Sequence record: PQ287320.1
Direction: 5' to 3' (one strand)
DNA length: 64,000 bases
Part shown: positions 46,764 to 57,509 of the stretch, piece by piece
Position numbering within the stretch: position 1 is the first letter of the stretch
Layout: each line of letters opens with the position of its first letter
The notes under the pieces: model-generated
Database searches by the model: none
Told to the model about the DNA's origin: nothing
The model's input: only the letters and a program-made list of their open reading frames with translations
Position numbers and translations under genes: made by a program

Positions 46764-47485
46764 TGGACAACGAGATCAAGAGAACCCACGACGCCTTCGG
46801 GACCATCGGCTACAGCCACACCCAGGGCGACACCGATTTGGTCGGCGTCGACTACGCCCAGGGGCATTATGTGACCCTGACGATCAAGACGGCCGCCGCC
46901 TACGAGGGCGAGACCCATGATCGGTTCCACGGCGAGAAGTACATCTGCAAGGTGGCGATGAGCGAGGTCCAGTGGGCGGCCTTCATCGCTAATCCGAACC
47001 GGGGCGACGGCGTGCCCTGCACCTTGCAGTTCTACCGCGATCCCCTGACCGGCGAGTCCAAGCAGCCGAAGTATCAGCGCGAGCGCCTGACGCGCGTCGA
47101 GCGCAGCCGCGAGGCCGTCACCGCCCGCGCCAAGGGCCTGTCGACCAAGGTCAAGGAGGCCCAGGCGGAACTTCAGCGCCTGATGGACGGTGGGCCGATC
47201 AAGAAGGGCGACCTGAAGACGCTCAAGGACCTGCTCTTCTTCGCCAACCAGGACATGGAATCCAACCTCGGCTATTTCGTCGAGCGGGTCGAGGAGACTA
47301 TCGACGGCGCGGTGGAAGACGCCAAGGCTCAGGTCAACGCCCACCTCGACTTCGTGGTCCGTGAACTGGGCGTGCGGGCTTTGGGCTCCCGGCTCCAGGC
47401 GGCGATCGACGCCGGTCACGATCCGAGCGCCGTGGGGCAGGCCCTGATCGGCTTCCTGGCCCCGCCGGAGGACGACCCGGCATGA
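46763..47485 (+). CDS. hypothetical protein
   Basis: MDNEIK after GGAGG; GDGVPCTL. Confidence 0.75.
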   Translation: MDNEIKRTHDAFGTIGYSHTQGDTDLVGVDYAQGHYVTLTIKTAAAYEGETHDRFHGEKYICKVAMSEVQWAAFIANPNRGDGVPCTLQFYRDPLTGESKQPKYQRERLTRVERSREAVTARAKGLSTKVKEAQAELQRLMDGGPIKKGDLKTLKDLLFFANQDMESNLGYFVERVEETIDGAVEDAKAQVNAHLDFVVRELGVRALGSRLQAAIDAGHDPSAVGQALIGFLAPPEDDPA

Positions 47486-47730
47486 CCAAGCCCCGCTTCC
47501 TGAACCGCTGGTGCGAGGCCGACACCGGCGAGCCGCAGACCAAGCCCTTCCAGACCAAGGGGCTGGCGTTCGGCCATGCCCGGCGGATGGCGCGGGAGAC
47601 GCAAGGTCCCGCCACCGTCGATCACGAGCACCCCGTCAGCGACGCCTCGCCCAACTGGGCGGTGGTCGAGCGCTGGGAATTCACCCCGGACGGCCGCGTG
47701 CGGCGCGTCATCAAACCGGAGACCGTCTGA
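47482..47730 (+). CDS. hypothetical protein
   Basis: 82-aa ORF. Confidence 0.65.
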   Translation: MTKPRFLNRWCEADTGEPQTKPFQTKGLAFGHARRMARETQGPATVDHEHPVSDASPNWAVVERWEFTPDGRVRRVIKPETV

Positions 47731-47731
47731 C

Positions 47732-48226
47732 ATGACCCGTTCCACCGCCGACATCGTCGCGCGCATCCAAGAACTCGACGGCGACGTCACCGACTTCTTC
47801 GGCTTCCAGTCGGGCGATCTGATCGCCTATCTCCCGTTCGAGGACGCCAAGCCGTTCCTGAACGACACGGCCAAGCCCGAGGTCTGGACGCCCAACGTCA
47901 ACACGCCCGAGGCGATCAAGCAGCAAATCCACGACTACATGGAGTTTGCCTGGGACAAGGCCAACAACCGCCGGGGCCTCTCCGCCGGCCGGTCGCTCGA
48001 CCACATGAAGGCGTGGCTCTGGCTCCTGGGCGAGGACGAGACCTGGGTCGCGTCCCTGAAGCTCTCCGAGTACACCCACTACGGCAAGCCCCAGCTTCGC
48101 GCGATCTGCAAGCGCTTCGGCTGGGACTGGACCGTCTGGGACGACGGGCGGTGGTCGAGCCTTGAGTATGGCGACGACCGCGCGCCCGACGAGGTCAAGG
48201 AAGTCGGGATCGTCGAGCCGGCCTGA
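47732..48226 (+). CDS. hypothetical protein
   Basis: YMEFAWDKANNRRGLSAGRSLDHMKAWLWL. Confidence 0.7.
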   Translation: MTRSTADIVARIQELDGDVTDFFGFQSGDLIAYLPFEDAKPFLNDTAKPEVWTPNVNTPEAIKQQIHDYMEFAWDKANNRRGLSAGRSLDHMKAWLWLLGEDETWVASLKLSEYTHYGKPQLRAICKRFGWDWTVWDDGRWSSLEYGDDRAPDEVKEVGIVEPA

Positions 48227-48233
48227 TTCTTTC

Positions 48234-48301
48234 TTGGCGTTAGAGTGTTGACAAGGTCCTGGGACCTCCTCTATACCCTCGCTCGACGACAACGAGAGGA
48301 G
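48234..48301 (+). promoter_or_regulatory. promoter-leader cassette
   Basis: TTGGCGTTAGAGTGTTGACA-N18-TATACC..CGACGACAACGAGAGGAG. Confidence 0.85.
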
Positions 48302-48306
48302 TTCCC

Positions 48307-50058
48307 ATGGCCGAGACCATGTCCCTGAGTTTCCGGATTGAAGGCGCCGCCCTGGTGGAGCGCGCCCGAGACCGTGTCATCGAAGGCAACTGGGAGCACG
48401 GCCTGCGCATCCTGGTCGAGGGCCTGCACGGCATGTCCTACGAACTGGCGATCGACATCCTGCTGGGCAAGCACACCCTGGGCGGTTGGTCCTCGGACCC
48501 GGAGGGTGTCTACCTCACCGACCAGGACCAGACCGACCCGGCGTTCCTCCGCTACAAGGAAACCCTCGACTACCAGTTCGCCGGCGTGCTCAAACTGGAG
48601 GACGGCCGGATCATGCGTCCCTACGCGGTGGTCGACAGCTTCTCCAAGATCGACTTCGACTCCAAGGTCCGCTTCCTGCGGCTGGCCCAGGGCTCGGACC
48701 CGGTGTTCTCGCGCCCCAAGCGCTTCCACGACACCCGCGCCGAGATCAACGGCGAGGAGATCGACTGGGCCTATCGCGCCCTGCACTACGCCGACGAGCC
48801 GACCCAGGACATCGTCCGTCTGGTCCGCATGGAAGGCTTCCACCCCACGATCCGGGCGGCGGTGCTGTTCAAGGAAGTCCGCGACTACCCCAAGCTCCTG
48901 CTCCCGAAGGTCGAGACTGACGCCCAGAAGGCCGTCGACGCGGCGGTCAAGGCCCAGCGCGGTCTCTCCAAGCGCGGGCACGTCTACGAGTACGGCGCCG
49001 GTCAGGACTTCGACCAGGAGCACTACAAGACCACCATGGGGATCGATCAGGTCCCCACCGCGTGGTCCGTGCGCAATCCGAAGTACGTCGATCCCGACGC
49101 CAAGCTCGTCAAGGACACCCTGGCGGAGATCGACGCGCGCAAGCCGACCGGCGATCACGTCACCGCCATGAACCGCATGATCAAGGACGAGGTCGACGGC
49201 GGCATGAGCATCTCGACCGCCGTGGACGTGGCGCGGGCCAAGATGGCGCTGATGGGCGGCATGGCCGAGGACCCCGAACAGCGCCTGCGGGCGATCAACG
49301 ACGCCTACGCCGCCAAGTACGAGCGCGCCGAGGGCCGCAGCGTCGAGGACTACCGCAAGGCCATCCTCGCCCAGGCCGGCGACGACTTCTTCGATCTCGC
49401 GTACACGGATGTCGAGGGCAAAGAAGTCGTCCTCAAGGTCCCGACAGCGCCGTTCGAGCAATGGGCTCTGTGGCGCACCGCCGGCGCCCACCTCGCCAAG
49501 CCGTGGAAGCGCGTGACCTACACCGGCTTCAAGATGTTCGGCGACGACCCCTACCACACCGACTGGGTGCTGGGCGCCGGTCTCAACCCCGAGGACTGGC
49601 CGATCGTCGAGAGCGACAACCCGCCACTCCACAAGGCCGCCTGGGACAAGCGCTTCCAGCTTGCCGAGGAGAAACTGGGCGGCAACATGCGCGTCCTGCT
49701 CGGCAAGGGCTACGTGACCGGCAAGATCGTGATGCTCAAGCCGGGCGAGACCCTGTCTCCGGGTGAGATCGGCGTGATCCGCAACGCCGGCCCCGACTAT
49801 GTCCAGGCCGCCCAGAGCGCGATCGAGCACAACACCGCCCTGATCTGCGAGAACGGCGGCAGCGTCGCCCACCTCGTGGTCGAGTACCTGGACAAGCCGC
49901 TGCGCCTGACCCGGATCGAGAACGCGCGGAAGATTTTCAAGGACGGGATGACCGTCTACCTCGACTTCGACAAGTCGACGCGTGAGATCGCCAAGGGCGG
50001 TCTCGGCCCTAGCCCGGCGGACCTGGGCCTCGACACGGAATGGGAGATTGAACAATGA
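48307..50058 (+). CDS. protein with C-terminal PEP-utilising mobile (phospho-His swivel) domain
   Basis: GYVTGKIV..ALICENGGSVAHLVV..GMTVYLD; unrecognised N-terminal ~470 aa. Confidence 0.7.
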   Translation: MAETMSLSFRIEGAALVERARDRVIEGNWEHGLRILVEGLHGMSYELAIDILLGKHTLGGWSSDPEGVYLTDQDQTDPAFLRYKETLDYQFAGVLKLEDGRIMRPYAVVDSFSKIDFDSKVRFLRLAQGSDPVFSRPKRFHDTRAEINGEEIDWAYRALHYADEPTQDIVRLVRMEGFHPTIRAAVLFKEVRDYPKLLLPKVETDAQKAVDAAVKAQRGLSKRGHVYEYGAGQDFDQEHYKTTMGIDQVPTAWSVRNPKYVDPDAKLVKDTLAEIDARKPTGDHVTAMNRMIKDEVDGGMSISTAVDVARAKMALMGGMAEDPEQRLRAINDAYAAKYERAEGRSVEDYRKAILAQAGDDFFDLAYTDVEGKEVVLKVPTAPFEQWALWRTAGAHLAKPWKRVTYTGFKMFGDDPYHTDWVLGAGLNPEDWPIVESDNPPLHKAAWDKRFQLAEEKLGGNMRVLLGKGYVTGKIVMLKPGETLSPGEIGVIRNAGPDYVQAAQSAIEHNTALICENGGSVAHLVVEYLDKPLRLTRIENARKIFKDGMTVYLDFDKSTREIAKGGLGPSPADLGLDTEWEIEQ

Positions 50059-50345
50059 CGCAGACCTACACCCCGGTCACCGAAGACGCCAACCAGTCCT
50101 GGGCGGTCAAGACCAGCACCCTGGAGGTGGAGGGCGGCAAGCTCTACATCACCACGGCTCACGCCGGCGAGAACTGCGAGGCCATCTCGGTCACCCAGAC
50201 CTTCGTCCCGGATGCGCCGCCGCAGTTCACGGTCTTGGTGACCGACGAGGACCTGCGCGCGCTGGCCGAGTGCAAGGACGTCGCCAGGGCGCGCAGCCTG
50301 TTCCGAGGCATCCTGAAGGCTCACGGCCTGGAGATCACCGCCTGA
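50055..50345 (+). CDS. hypothetical protein
   Basis: ATGA overlap. Confidence 0.7.
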   Translation: MTQTYTPVTEDANQSWAVKTSTLEVEGGKLYITTAHAGENCEAISVTQTFVPDAPPQFTVLVTDEDLRALAECKDVARARSLFRGILKAHGLEITA

Positions 50346-50539
50346 TGCCGCTCTACGAACTCTCCGTCACCGCTATCCACCGCGACACCGTTACGATCGA
50401 GGCCGACAGCGAGGCGGAGGCCCGCGCTCGCATCCTCGAAGAAGGCTATTCCGATGGGGACGACATCAAGTCGGTCCACCACGACATCGAGCCCGAGATC
50501 GAGATCGTCGACGTCACCTTGATCGAAGAGGAGGACTGA
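50345..50539 (+). CDS. small acidic protein
   Basis: TIEADSEAEARARI. Confidence 0.65.
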   Translation: MPLYELSVTAIHRDTVTIEADSEAEARARILEEGYSDGDDIKSVHHDIEPEIEIVDVTLIEEED

Positions 50540-50542
50540 CCT

Positions 50543-50701
50543 TTGACGACAGATGACTCCCAGGCTAAGCGCGCCGCCGAGATCATGGATGCTCGCTATG
50601 GCGAGACATGGCGACATCGACCCATGCTGAGAAGCCCCGAATGGGCGCAGGCTTGGGAAGAAGCCGGCCGCATCCCGCCAGAAGACTTGCAGGACGACTG
50701 A
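50543..50701 (+). CDS. hypothetical protein (52 aa, not in ORF track)
   Basis: GGAGGA SD, TTG start. Confidence 0.5.
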   Translation: MTTDDSQAKRAAEIMDARYGETWRHRPMLRSPEWAQAWEEAGRIPPEDLQDD

Positions 50702-50702
50702 C

Positions 50703-51212
50703 ATGGCCGACTTCAGCCGCGCCCGCCGCTCCATGGAGACCGCCGACCTGATCGAGCGCCTCAAGGTCCTCTATGATCTGGAGGACGCCCGCGACATCCC
50801 GGACGAGGAGACCAAGGCCGCCTTGAAGGAGGCGGTGGTCCATCTGGGTCAACTGCATGAGCAGGTCGAACTCGGGGAGACCCTCCAGAAGTCCTACCAG
50901 AGTCTGGTCAACTTCTACAAGAACGACGCCCTGGCCTCGTCCCAGGAGCCGGACTTCAAGCGCGCCGCCCGCGAGCTTCACCTGATCGAGGGCTACCCGC
51001 CCAGGATGCGTCTCGCGGTCGGCGGCTTCCGTAAGGCCATGGACGAGCAGGGCTTCTTGAGCGGAGAGAACGGCCGCGCGATCAGCCGGCTGATCGGCAA
51101 GCATCTCGACCACGATCTGGCGGGTGTGCTGGGCTCGGAGATCAACTACTACACCCGCAAGGCCATCGCCGCCCTGCGCGGTCTGGCGTCCGAGGAGCCC
51201 AAGACCGAATGA
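50703..51212 (+). CDS. hypothetical protein
   Basis: 169-aa ORF. Confidence 0.7.
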   Translation: MADFSRARRSMETADLIERLKVLYDLEDARDIPDEETKAALKEAVVHLGQLHEQVELGETLQKSYQSLVNFYKNDALASSQEPDFKRAARELHLIEGYPPRMRLAVGGFRKAMDEQGFLSGENGRAISRLIGKHLDHDLAGVLGSEINYYTRKAIAALRGLASEEPKTE

Positions 51213-51421
51213 GCCGCCGCTACACCGGCCCGCGCTTCTGGATTGAGGAGGACGGCCGCGTCCACAAAATCCTCGACGGGGTCTCCGAGGTCGTCGCTAC
51301 CCTGACCAGGGACGAGTTGAAGCGCCTGCGGGCCTGTGGCTGGCAGATCGGCTCGTCCACCCGGCGCTACGCCTACAACCCCGCCACCATTCTCCGCAAC
51401 GCCCTGGGAGCCGCCCGATGA
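51209..51421 (+). CDS. hypothetical protein
   Basis: ATGA overlaps. Confidence 0.65.
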   Translation: MSRRYTGPRFWIEEDGRVHKILDGVSEVVATLTRDELKRLRACGWQIGSSTRRYAYNPATILRNALGAAR

Positions 51422-51999
51422 TCGACGAAAAAGCCACCCTCGCCCAGAAGACCGAAAGCCTCCTGGGCGACGCCCGCGCTCTCGCCGAGGTCTGCCAGCG
51501 CGAGGGGACCAGCAACCTCGCCGACATGACCCTGGAGTTCATCAAAGACGCCCAGACGATCATCGAGGCCCAGCGCCAGCGCGTCGAGGAGCACCAGAAG
51601 GAGAAGGAACGCGGGCGCCATCTGGCCTACGCCTACCTTCGGGTGATCCAGGAGTTCATCGCCAACAAGGGCAACCCCGATCTCTCCAAGCTGATGAGCG
51701 AGATCGGTCACCTCCAGGCCTTGGCCCAGTCCATGAGCGACGACGTCGAGAAGGTCGTGACGGCGGTGCGCGGGATCGAACGCGACAAGGCGACCCCGAA
51801 CGTCAAACGCCTGCTCGACTTCCTGGACTACTTCCTCTTCCACGAAATCCATCGCAAGACCCACTACATCGAGCACTACGTGGTCCGGGACATGCGACTG
51901 GCCTTCGCCGGCCTGGAGGAGGCCTCGCTGAAGGGTCTCCTGAGCGTGCGCCCCGCCGATCCGCTCAAGCCTGTTGACAACACTCTCGCGCCAACGTAG
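51418..51999 (+). CDS. hypothetical helical protein
   Basis: 193-aa ORF. Confidence 0.7.
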   Translation: MIDEKATLAQKTESLLGDARALAEVCQREGTSNLADMTLEFIKDAQTIIEAQRQRVEEHQKEKERGRHLAYAYLRVIQEFIANKGNPDLSKLMSEIGHLQALAQSMSDDVEKVVTAVRGIERDKATPNVKRLLDFLDYFLFHEIHRKTHYIEHYVVRDMRLAFAGLEEASLKGLLSVRPADPLKPVDNTLAPT

Positions 52000-52026
52000 A
52001 ACCCTCCTCGACGACAACGAAGGAGG
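51971..52026 (+). promoter_or_regulatory. promoter-leader cassette with inverted box in spacer
   Basis: TTGACA-ACACTCTCGCGCCAACG-TAGAAC-CCTCCT-CGACGACAACG-AAGGAGG. Confidence 0.85.
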
Positions 52027-52031
52027 CTTCG

Positions 52032-52417
52032 ATGAAGCTCGCGACGCAAGACCGCACCGACGCCCGCCTGAACGATCAATATCGTCTGGCCAAGGCGGTG
52101 TTCTATTTCGGCGGCCCGCCGAGTACCCGATCCACTTGGAAGACAAGTGGAACGAGGTCACGCCGGCCCAGGTCGAGGATCAACTCTCGGCCCTCTGCCA
52201 CGAGCTTTCGAAGCGCTCGGGCGTCACCCTGGCGCCGGCGACTTTCTACGAGCGCGCCAAGCTGACCATCACCGACCTACCGGCGATCCCGGAGGCGGAG
52301 TGGAACAACCTCCAGGAGTCCACCCGCAAGAGCCTGTTGGCCATGCAGGACCGCTTCTCGGTCCACGGGAGCGGCTTCATGATCTACTGGAACCGCGTCA
52401 AGCAAGAGGAGGCCTGA
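52032..52417 (+). CDS. hypothetical protein
   Basis: ATG after AAGGAGG. Confidence 0.7.
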
Positions 52418-52420
52418 GCC

Positions 52421-52780
52421 TTGGACCGCAACGACCCCGCCAAGCCCTTCTGCAAGATCGTCGTCCTGGCCGGCCCCCTGTGGGAAGTCGACACCGACAA
52501 CTGCGAGACCCTGCTGGTCCCGGTCAAGGAGGTCCCCCACCCCTGCGCCGAGAATTTCCAGGACGAGATCGACATGGCCTTCAATATCAGCGGCGAGGCC
52601 ATGGACTGGCGCCGCGTCGAAGGCTTCGCCGCCGTCCTGCGCAATCCGAGCAACGCCGACATGTCGCCGGTCGAGGGGCCGTTCGCCACCGCCCAGGAAG
52701 CCTTCGACTACGTCAAGGACACCTGGAGCGACCGCATCCCCGGCTCGATGGCCTTGGCGCCCTACGAGCCCCCACAATGA
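52421..52780 (+). CDS. hypothetical protein
   Basis: TTG start after GGAGG. Confidence 0.65.
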   Translation: MDRNDPAKPFCKIVVLAGPLWEVDTDNCETLLVPVKEVPHPCAENFQDEIDMAFNISGEAMDWRRVEGFAAVLRNPSNADMSPVEGPFATAQEAFDYVKDTWSDRIPGSMALAPYEPPQ

Positions 52781-53046
52781 TCAAGGTGACGCGAGGCATG
52801 ACCTGGGCTGACGCCGGCCGCTGCTCGAAGACCGACTGGACCGCGTGGCTGATCCCCGCCGGCCCGCTGATCGCGGCGCTCCCGTTCGCCGCCCTGACCG
52901 GGGCGTGCCTGTCGATCAAGGACCCGACCCACACCAATCTGGCCATCGCCCTGCTTCCCGGCGCGGCGATGCTCTTCAACGGCTGCATGGCGTCGTTCGC
53001 CTTCAAGCAGTTCCTCCAGGGCCGGGCTGGCGAGGAGGTCCGCTGA
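52777..53046 (+). CDS. membrane protein
   Basis: two hydrophobic segments. Confidence 0.6.
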   Translation: MIKVTRGMTWADAGRCSKTDWTAWLIPAGPLIAALPFAALTGACLSIKDPTHTNLAIALLPGAAMLFNGCMASFAFKQFLQGRAGEEVR

Positions 53047-53047
53047 C

Positions 53048-53476
53048 ATGAAGCTCTTCATCATCATCCTGGCGACGATCCTGTGGTTGGGCGACACCGC
53101 CCGCGCCCAGTCCCTGCCGTTCCGCCTCTCCCAGCCGCTGAACTACGGCGGCGACCTCCACTACACCGAGACGCGCGACGCTTCGGCCTCGCGTGAACCC
53201 CTCAAGCGGGTGATCGTCGACCTGTCGCGCTCGACCACGGTCGAGATCGTCCGGGCCTGGACCTACGCGGAACTGGCTGGCGCCCAGACGACGTGCGGGG
53301 AGATCGTCCTGAACGGGCGTCACCAGAAGTTCGTCCTCCAACAAGGCCCCAAGACCGCCGTGATCGGCCCGGCCGTGCCGGCGGAGTTCTGGTCGCTCGA
53401 CGTCCAGGATTACCAGTTCCGCAACGCCGGGTGCCTGCGCGACCGCGCCGCTCAGATCATCCCGCCGAGATTTTGA
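53048..53476 (+). CDS. putative exported protein
   Basis: MKLFIIILATILWLGDTARA signal-like peptide. Confidence 0.65.
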   Translation: MKLFIIILATILWLGDTARAQSLPFRLSQPLNYGGDLHYTETRDASASREPLKRVIVDLSRSTTVEIVRAWTYAELAGAQTTCGEIVLNGRHQKFVLQQGPKTAVIGPAVPAEFWSLDVQDYQFRNAGCLRDRAAQIIPPRF

Positions 53477-53479
53477 TCG

Positions 53480-53545
53480 CTGGCGTTGTTGTGTTGACAA
53501 AGGCGGGCTCGCCGGCCTAGAACGTCGTGGACGACAACGAGGAGG
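53480..53545 (+). promoter_or_regulatory. promoter-leader cassette
   Basis: CTGGCGTTGTTGTGTTGACA-N18-TAGAAC..GACGACAACGAGGAGG. Confidence 0.8.
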
Positions 53546-53553
53546 CCCCGCCC

Positions 53554-53820
53554 GTGAACACCTACACCATCCTCCTGGCGCTCTACGACGAGCAGCGGCT
53601 CTACATCGTGGGCGCCGAGAACACGGTCAACGCCGTGGCCTACGCCAAGCGCGTCGCCGAGGCCCATGACGACGCCGGCTCCAACTGGCAGGTCCAGGTG
53701 GTCTTCGCCGGCGATCCCGAGATCGTCACCAAGGCCGCCGGCCTCAAGGTCATCGACCTGCGGTCCAAGCACCTCGCGCCGGCGAAGTTCCCCACTGCGG
53801 AGCGCGTCGGCGGATGCTGA
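53554..53820 (+). CDS. hypothetical protein
   Basis: GTG start after GGAGG. Confidence 0.7.
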   Translation: MNTYTILLALYDEQRLYIVGAENTVNAVAYAKRVAEAHDDAGSNWQVQVVFAGDPEIVTKAAGLKVIDLRSKHLAPAKFPTAERVGGC

Positions 53821-54497
53821 GAGAAGAGCGTCCCCTCACCGTCGACGTCTGGGCTATTTGCCGCAATGGCGACAAGCTCTATCTGGTCGAGTTGACCAAG
53901 GCGGGCTACCCGTTCCACGGCAGCGACATCCTCCAGTTCCACGGCCGGCAGATCAACACCGGTCTGAAGGGGATGACCTACGTCTATGATGACGAGACCA
54001 ACAGCAACCCGCTGGAGGGCTGGCTGGGCTACGAGAACAACATTCTTGGGCGCTTTCCGGACCAGGAGACCGCGACGCTGGTCCTCTACCGGGCGCTGGA
54101 CGCCCGCGCCCGGTACACCGCCCTGGTCGAGAAGGCCGCCGAGGTTTTCAAGACGGTGACCAAGCTGCGCGAGAGCAGCTTCGACGACATGGTCCGGAGC
54201 GCCGACGCCCTGGAGCGCGACGGTTGCGAGGTCTGCCTGGGCTTCAAGGGCGGCGTCCCCGGCAACGAGAACGTCATCGACGGCAAGGTGGTCTGCGACT
54301 ACTGCACCGTCGAGATCATGGACGCGAGGAAGGGGCTGATGGCCAATCTCTACGGTGGCTCGGTCCCCTTCATGATCAACTCGGGGACGTTCGGGCGCTG
54401 CAAGCATGGCCACACTCGCTACATGCCGTGCTGGCGCTGCGGCCTCTGGCATCCGTTCAAGTTCCTCGCCCATCTCATTGCCTCGGTGAGGACCTGA
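53814..54497 (+). CDS. hypothetical Cys-rich protein
   Basis: CEVC..CDYC..CKH..CWRC. Confidence 0.65.
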   Translation: MLREERPLTVDVWAICRNGDKLYLVELTKAGYPFHGSDILQFHGRQINTGLKGMTYVYDDETNSNPLEGWLGYENNILGRFPDQETATLVLYRALDARARYTALVEKAAEVFKTVTKLRESSFDDMVRSADALERDGCEVCLGFKGGVPGNENVIDGKVVCDYCTVEIMDARKGLMANLYGGSVPFMINSGTFGRCKHGHTRYMPCWRCGLWHPFKFLAHLIASVRT

Positions 54498-54717
54498 TGG
54501 GGCCTACGCTTACTGCCAGAACCCCGACTGCGGCGCGCCGCACGATCGCCCCTCGGCCCGTGAGGTCGTGGAGGGCCAGCGCCGCTGCTACGCCTGCGGA
54601 AAGGACGTCCCGGTCTATGACGATCTGGCCGATGTCCTGGAGCGTATGGAGAGCCGGATCGACGACCTGGAGGCCGAGGTCAAGGCCCTGAAGGGAGAGA
54701 CCGATGGGCCTGCGTAA
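54497..54717 (+). CDS. Zn-ribbon/coiled-coil protein (apparent deletion at 54499-54502)
   Basis: restored reading MGAYAYCQNPDC..CYACG..RIDDLEAEV. Confidence 0.6.
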
Positions 54718-55055
54718 AATCCCCCGGCCAACTCCTGGTGGATCGGTTACACCCTCCGGACAGCGTTCAAGAAGCCCTCGCACGAGGAGCGGCTGCAACG
54801 CCTCAAGGACGTCCAGGCCTGCAAGGTGGGCGGCGCGGCGATGCGCGACAAGCTGATGAAGCAACTGGTCCGCGACGGGCTGGTGCGCCTCCATCGGCCG
54901 TCGAACGCCGAGTTCTACAAGCAGCCGCGCGGCGGCTTCCAGAAGTCGACCCGCGCGCTCCTGACGCCGGCCGGCGAAGCCTATCTGGCGGACCCGACGC
55001 CGCATCACGTCCCGAAGTCCGAAAGGACCGAGAAGGCCAAGGGAGTGCGAGGGAA

Positions 55056-55059
<4 letters not shown>
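54704..55059 (+). CDS. hypothetical protein (apparent deletion at 54721-54725)
   Basis: joins the 54826-55059 frame. Confidence 0.55.
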
Positions 55060-56155
<1,096 letters not shown>

Positions 56156-56169
<14 letters not shown>

Positions 56170-56799
56170 ACTAATCCTGGGCGCCGGCGCGGCGGTGGTT
56201 GCTGCGGCGGCCCTGCCGGCGGAGGGCCGCGAGCGCGCCTATCGCTTCATGGGCTGGCTGGATCGGACCCCCCGTTGCTGCTACATTGGCGGCACGATCC
56301 GCCGCCCGGAAGCGCACGACACCAAGTACAAGATCGACTGGGAGCCGGGCACGCCGAGCAGCCCCCACACCCAGATCGTCGACACCTGGGTCCGCGAGAC
56401 CGTGAAGTCGGGCTACCTCCTCTGCTACGGCGACATCCGCTGGATGGACCGCAAGGTCCGCCTGGAGGACGTCCTGATCCGCATCGATCTCGACGACAAG
56501 GTCTTCAACCACCAGAAGGGCTACGTCAACGAGCCCGGCTTGAAGATCACCGTCACCGAGGGCGCCGCCCAGTTCGCCCCGTTCGGTCTGGCCTCGACCC
56601 ACGGCCTCCAATACGTCCGCGAGGACATGCGCGACACCTACTATGTCCGCAAGCCCTACCTGCGCTACGACGAGGAGCGCGACATCCGCATCGCCCTGGG
56701 GACGATCCCCAAGGCTATCGGGCGCCGAACTCCAAGGTCGGGTTCGACGATAGCTGGCTGGCTGACTTCAAGGCGGACGTCGAGAAGGCCAAGACATGA
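56156..56799 (+). CDS. putative Tat-exported protein (apparent deletion at 56707-56710)
   Basis: MNRRELILGAGAAVVAAAALPAEG twin-arginine signal. Confidence 0.6.
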
Positions 56800-57295
56800 T
56801 CACCATGGGGGTCGAGGACCAGGACGAGCGGCGCGCGCGGCTGGCCGGTGAGTTCGCCGCCCAGCGGGCGGTGATCCGCGAGAGGCTGTTCGGCTCCGAC
56901 CACGTCCTCAAGCTCCACTGGCAGCACACCAGCGCGATGATCTGGGCCTACAGTGAAGGCCGGGTGCTCGGGGTTGGCAGGACTATCCGGTTCGGGGCTG
57001 GACGGCCGAGTCGATCCACGCCCCGTTCGACATCTGCATGTCGAAGGACCAGAGCGCGGGGACCCTGGCCAATGCCGAACTGGCGCTCAAGATGATCACC
57101 ACGCTCCTCCCGTGCGCCGGGCTGGTGATCGACAAGGCCCCCACCCGGACCGGGAACTGGGACGTCAGGATCGACACCCGTTCTGATCCCGACGCCAAGT
57201 TCCTGGGGATCGTCTGGGGCTGCGCGCCTAGCCTGTCCCTGGCGGCGTGGCGCGCCTACTTCCACTACATCAACAAGGAGCCCAACGATGTCTGA
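56796..57295 (+). CDS. hypothetical protein (apparent deletion at 56994-56997)
   Basis: two frames join on restoring one G. Confidence 0.6.
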
Positions 57296-57509
57296 CATCT
57301 TCGACGAGGTCGAGCGCAGGCTCAACCGGAGGCGCCCCGGCTTCTGGATTCACAAGGTCGCCCTGGCGATCATCGTGGTGGTCGGTCTGCTGGTCGCCGG
57401 CGGCGCCGCCGTCCAGGTCTTCAACCCGACCCTGGCGGTCCAGTGGCAAGCCAAGCAGGACGCGGCCTATGACCGCGCCTACGAGGAAGCCCGCCGGCGG
57501 GGCGAGTGA
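57288..57509 (+). CDS. single-pass membrane protein
   Basis: one TM segment. Confidence 0.65.
   Translation: MSDIFDEVERRLNRRRPGFWIHKVALAIIVVVGLLVAGGAAVQVFNPTLAVQWQAKQDAAYDRAYEEARRRGE

Noticed and set aside
50543-50571. TTGACG-N17-TAAGCG as a promoter
   Set aside because: The TTG follows a GGAGGA SD and opens a 52-aa ORF filling the gap; box and leader are absent, so it was kept as a start codon
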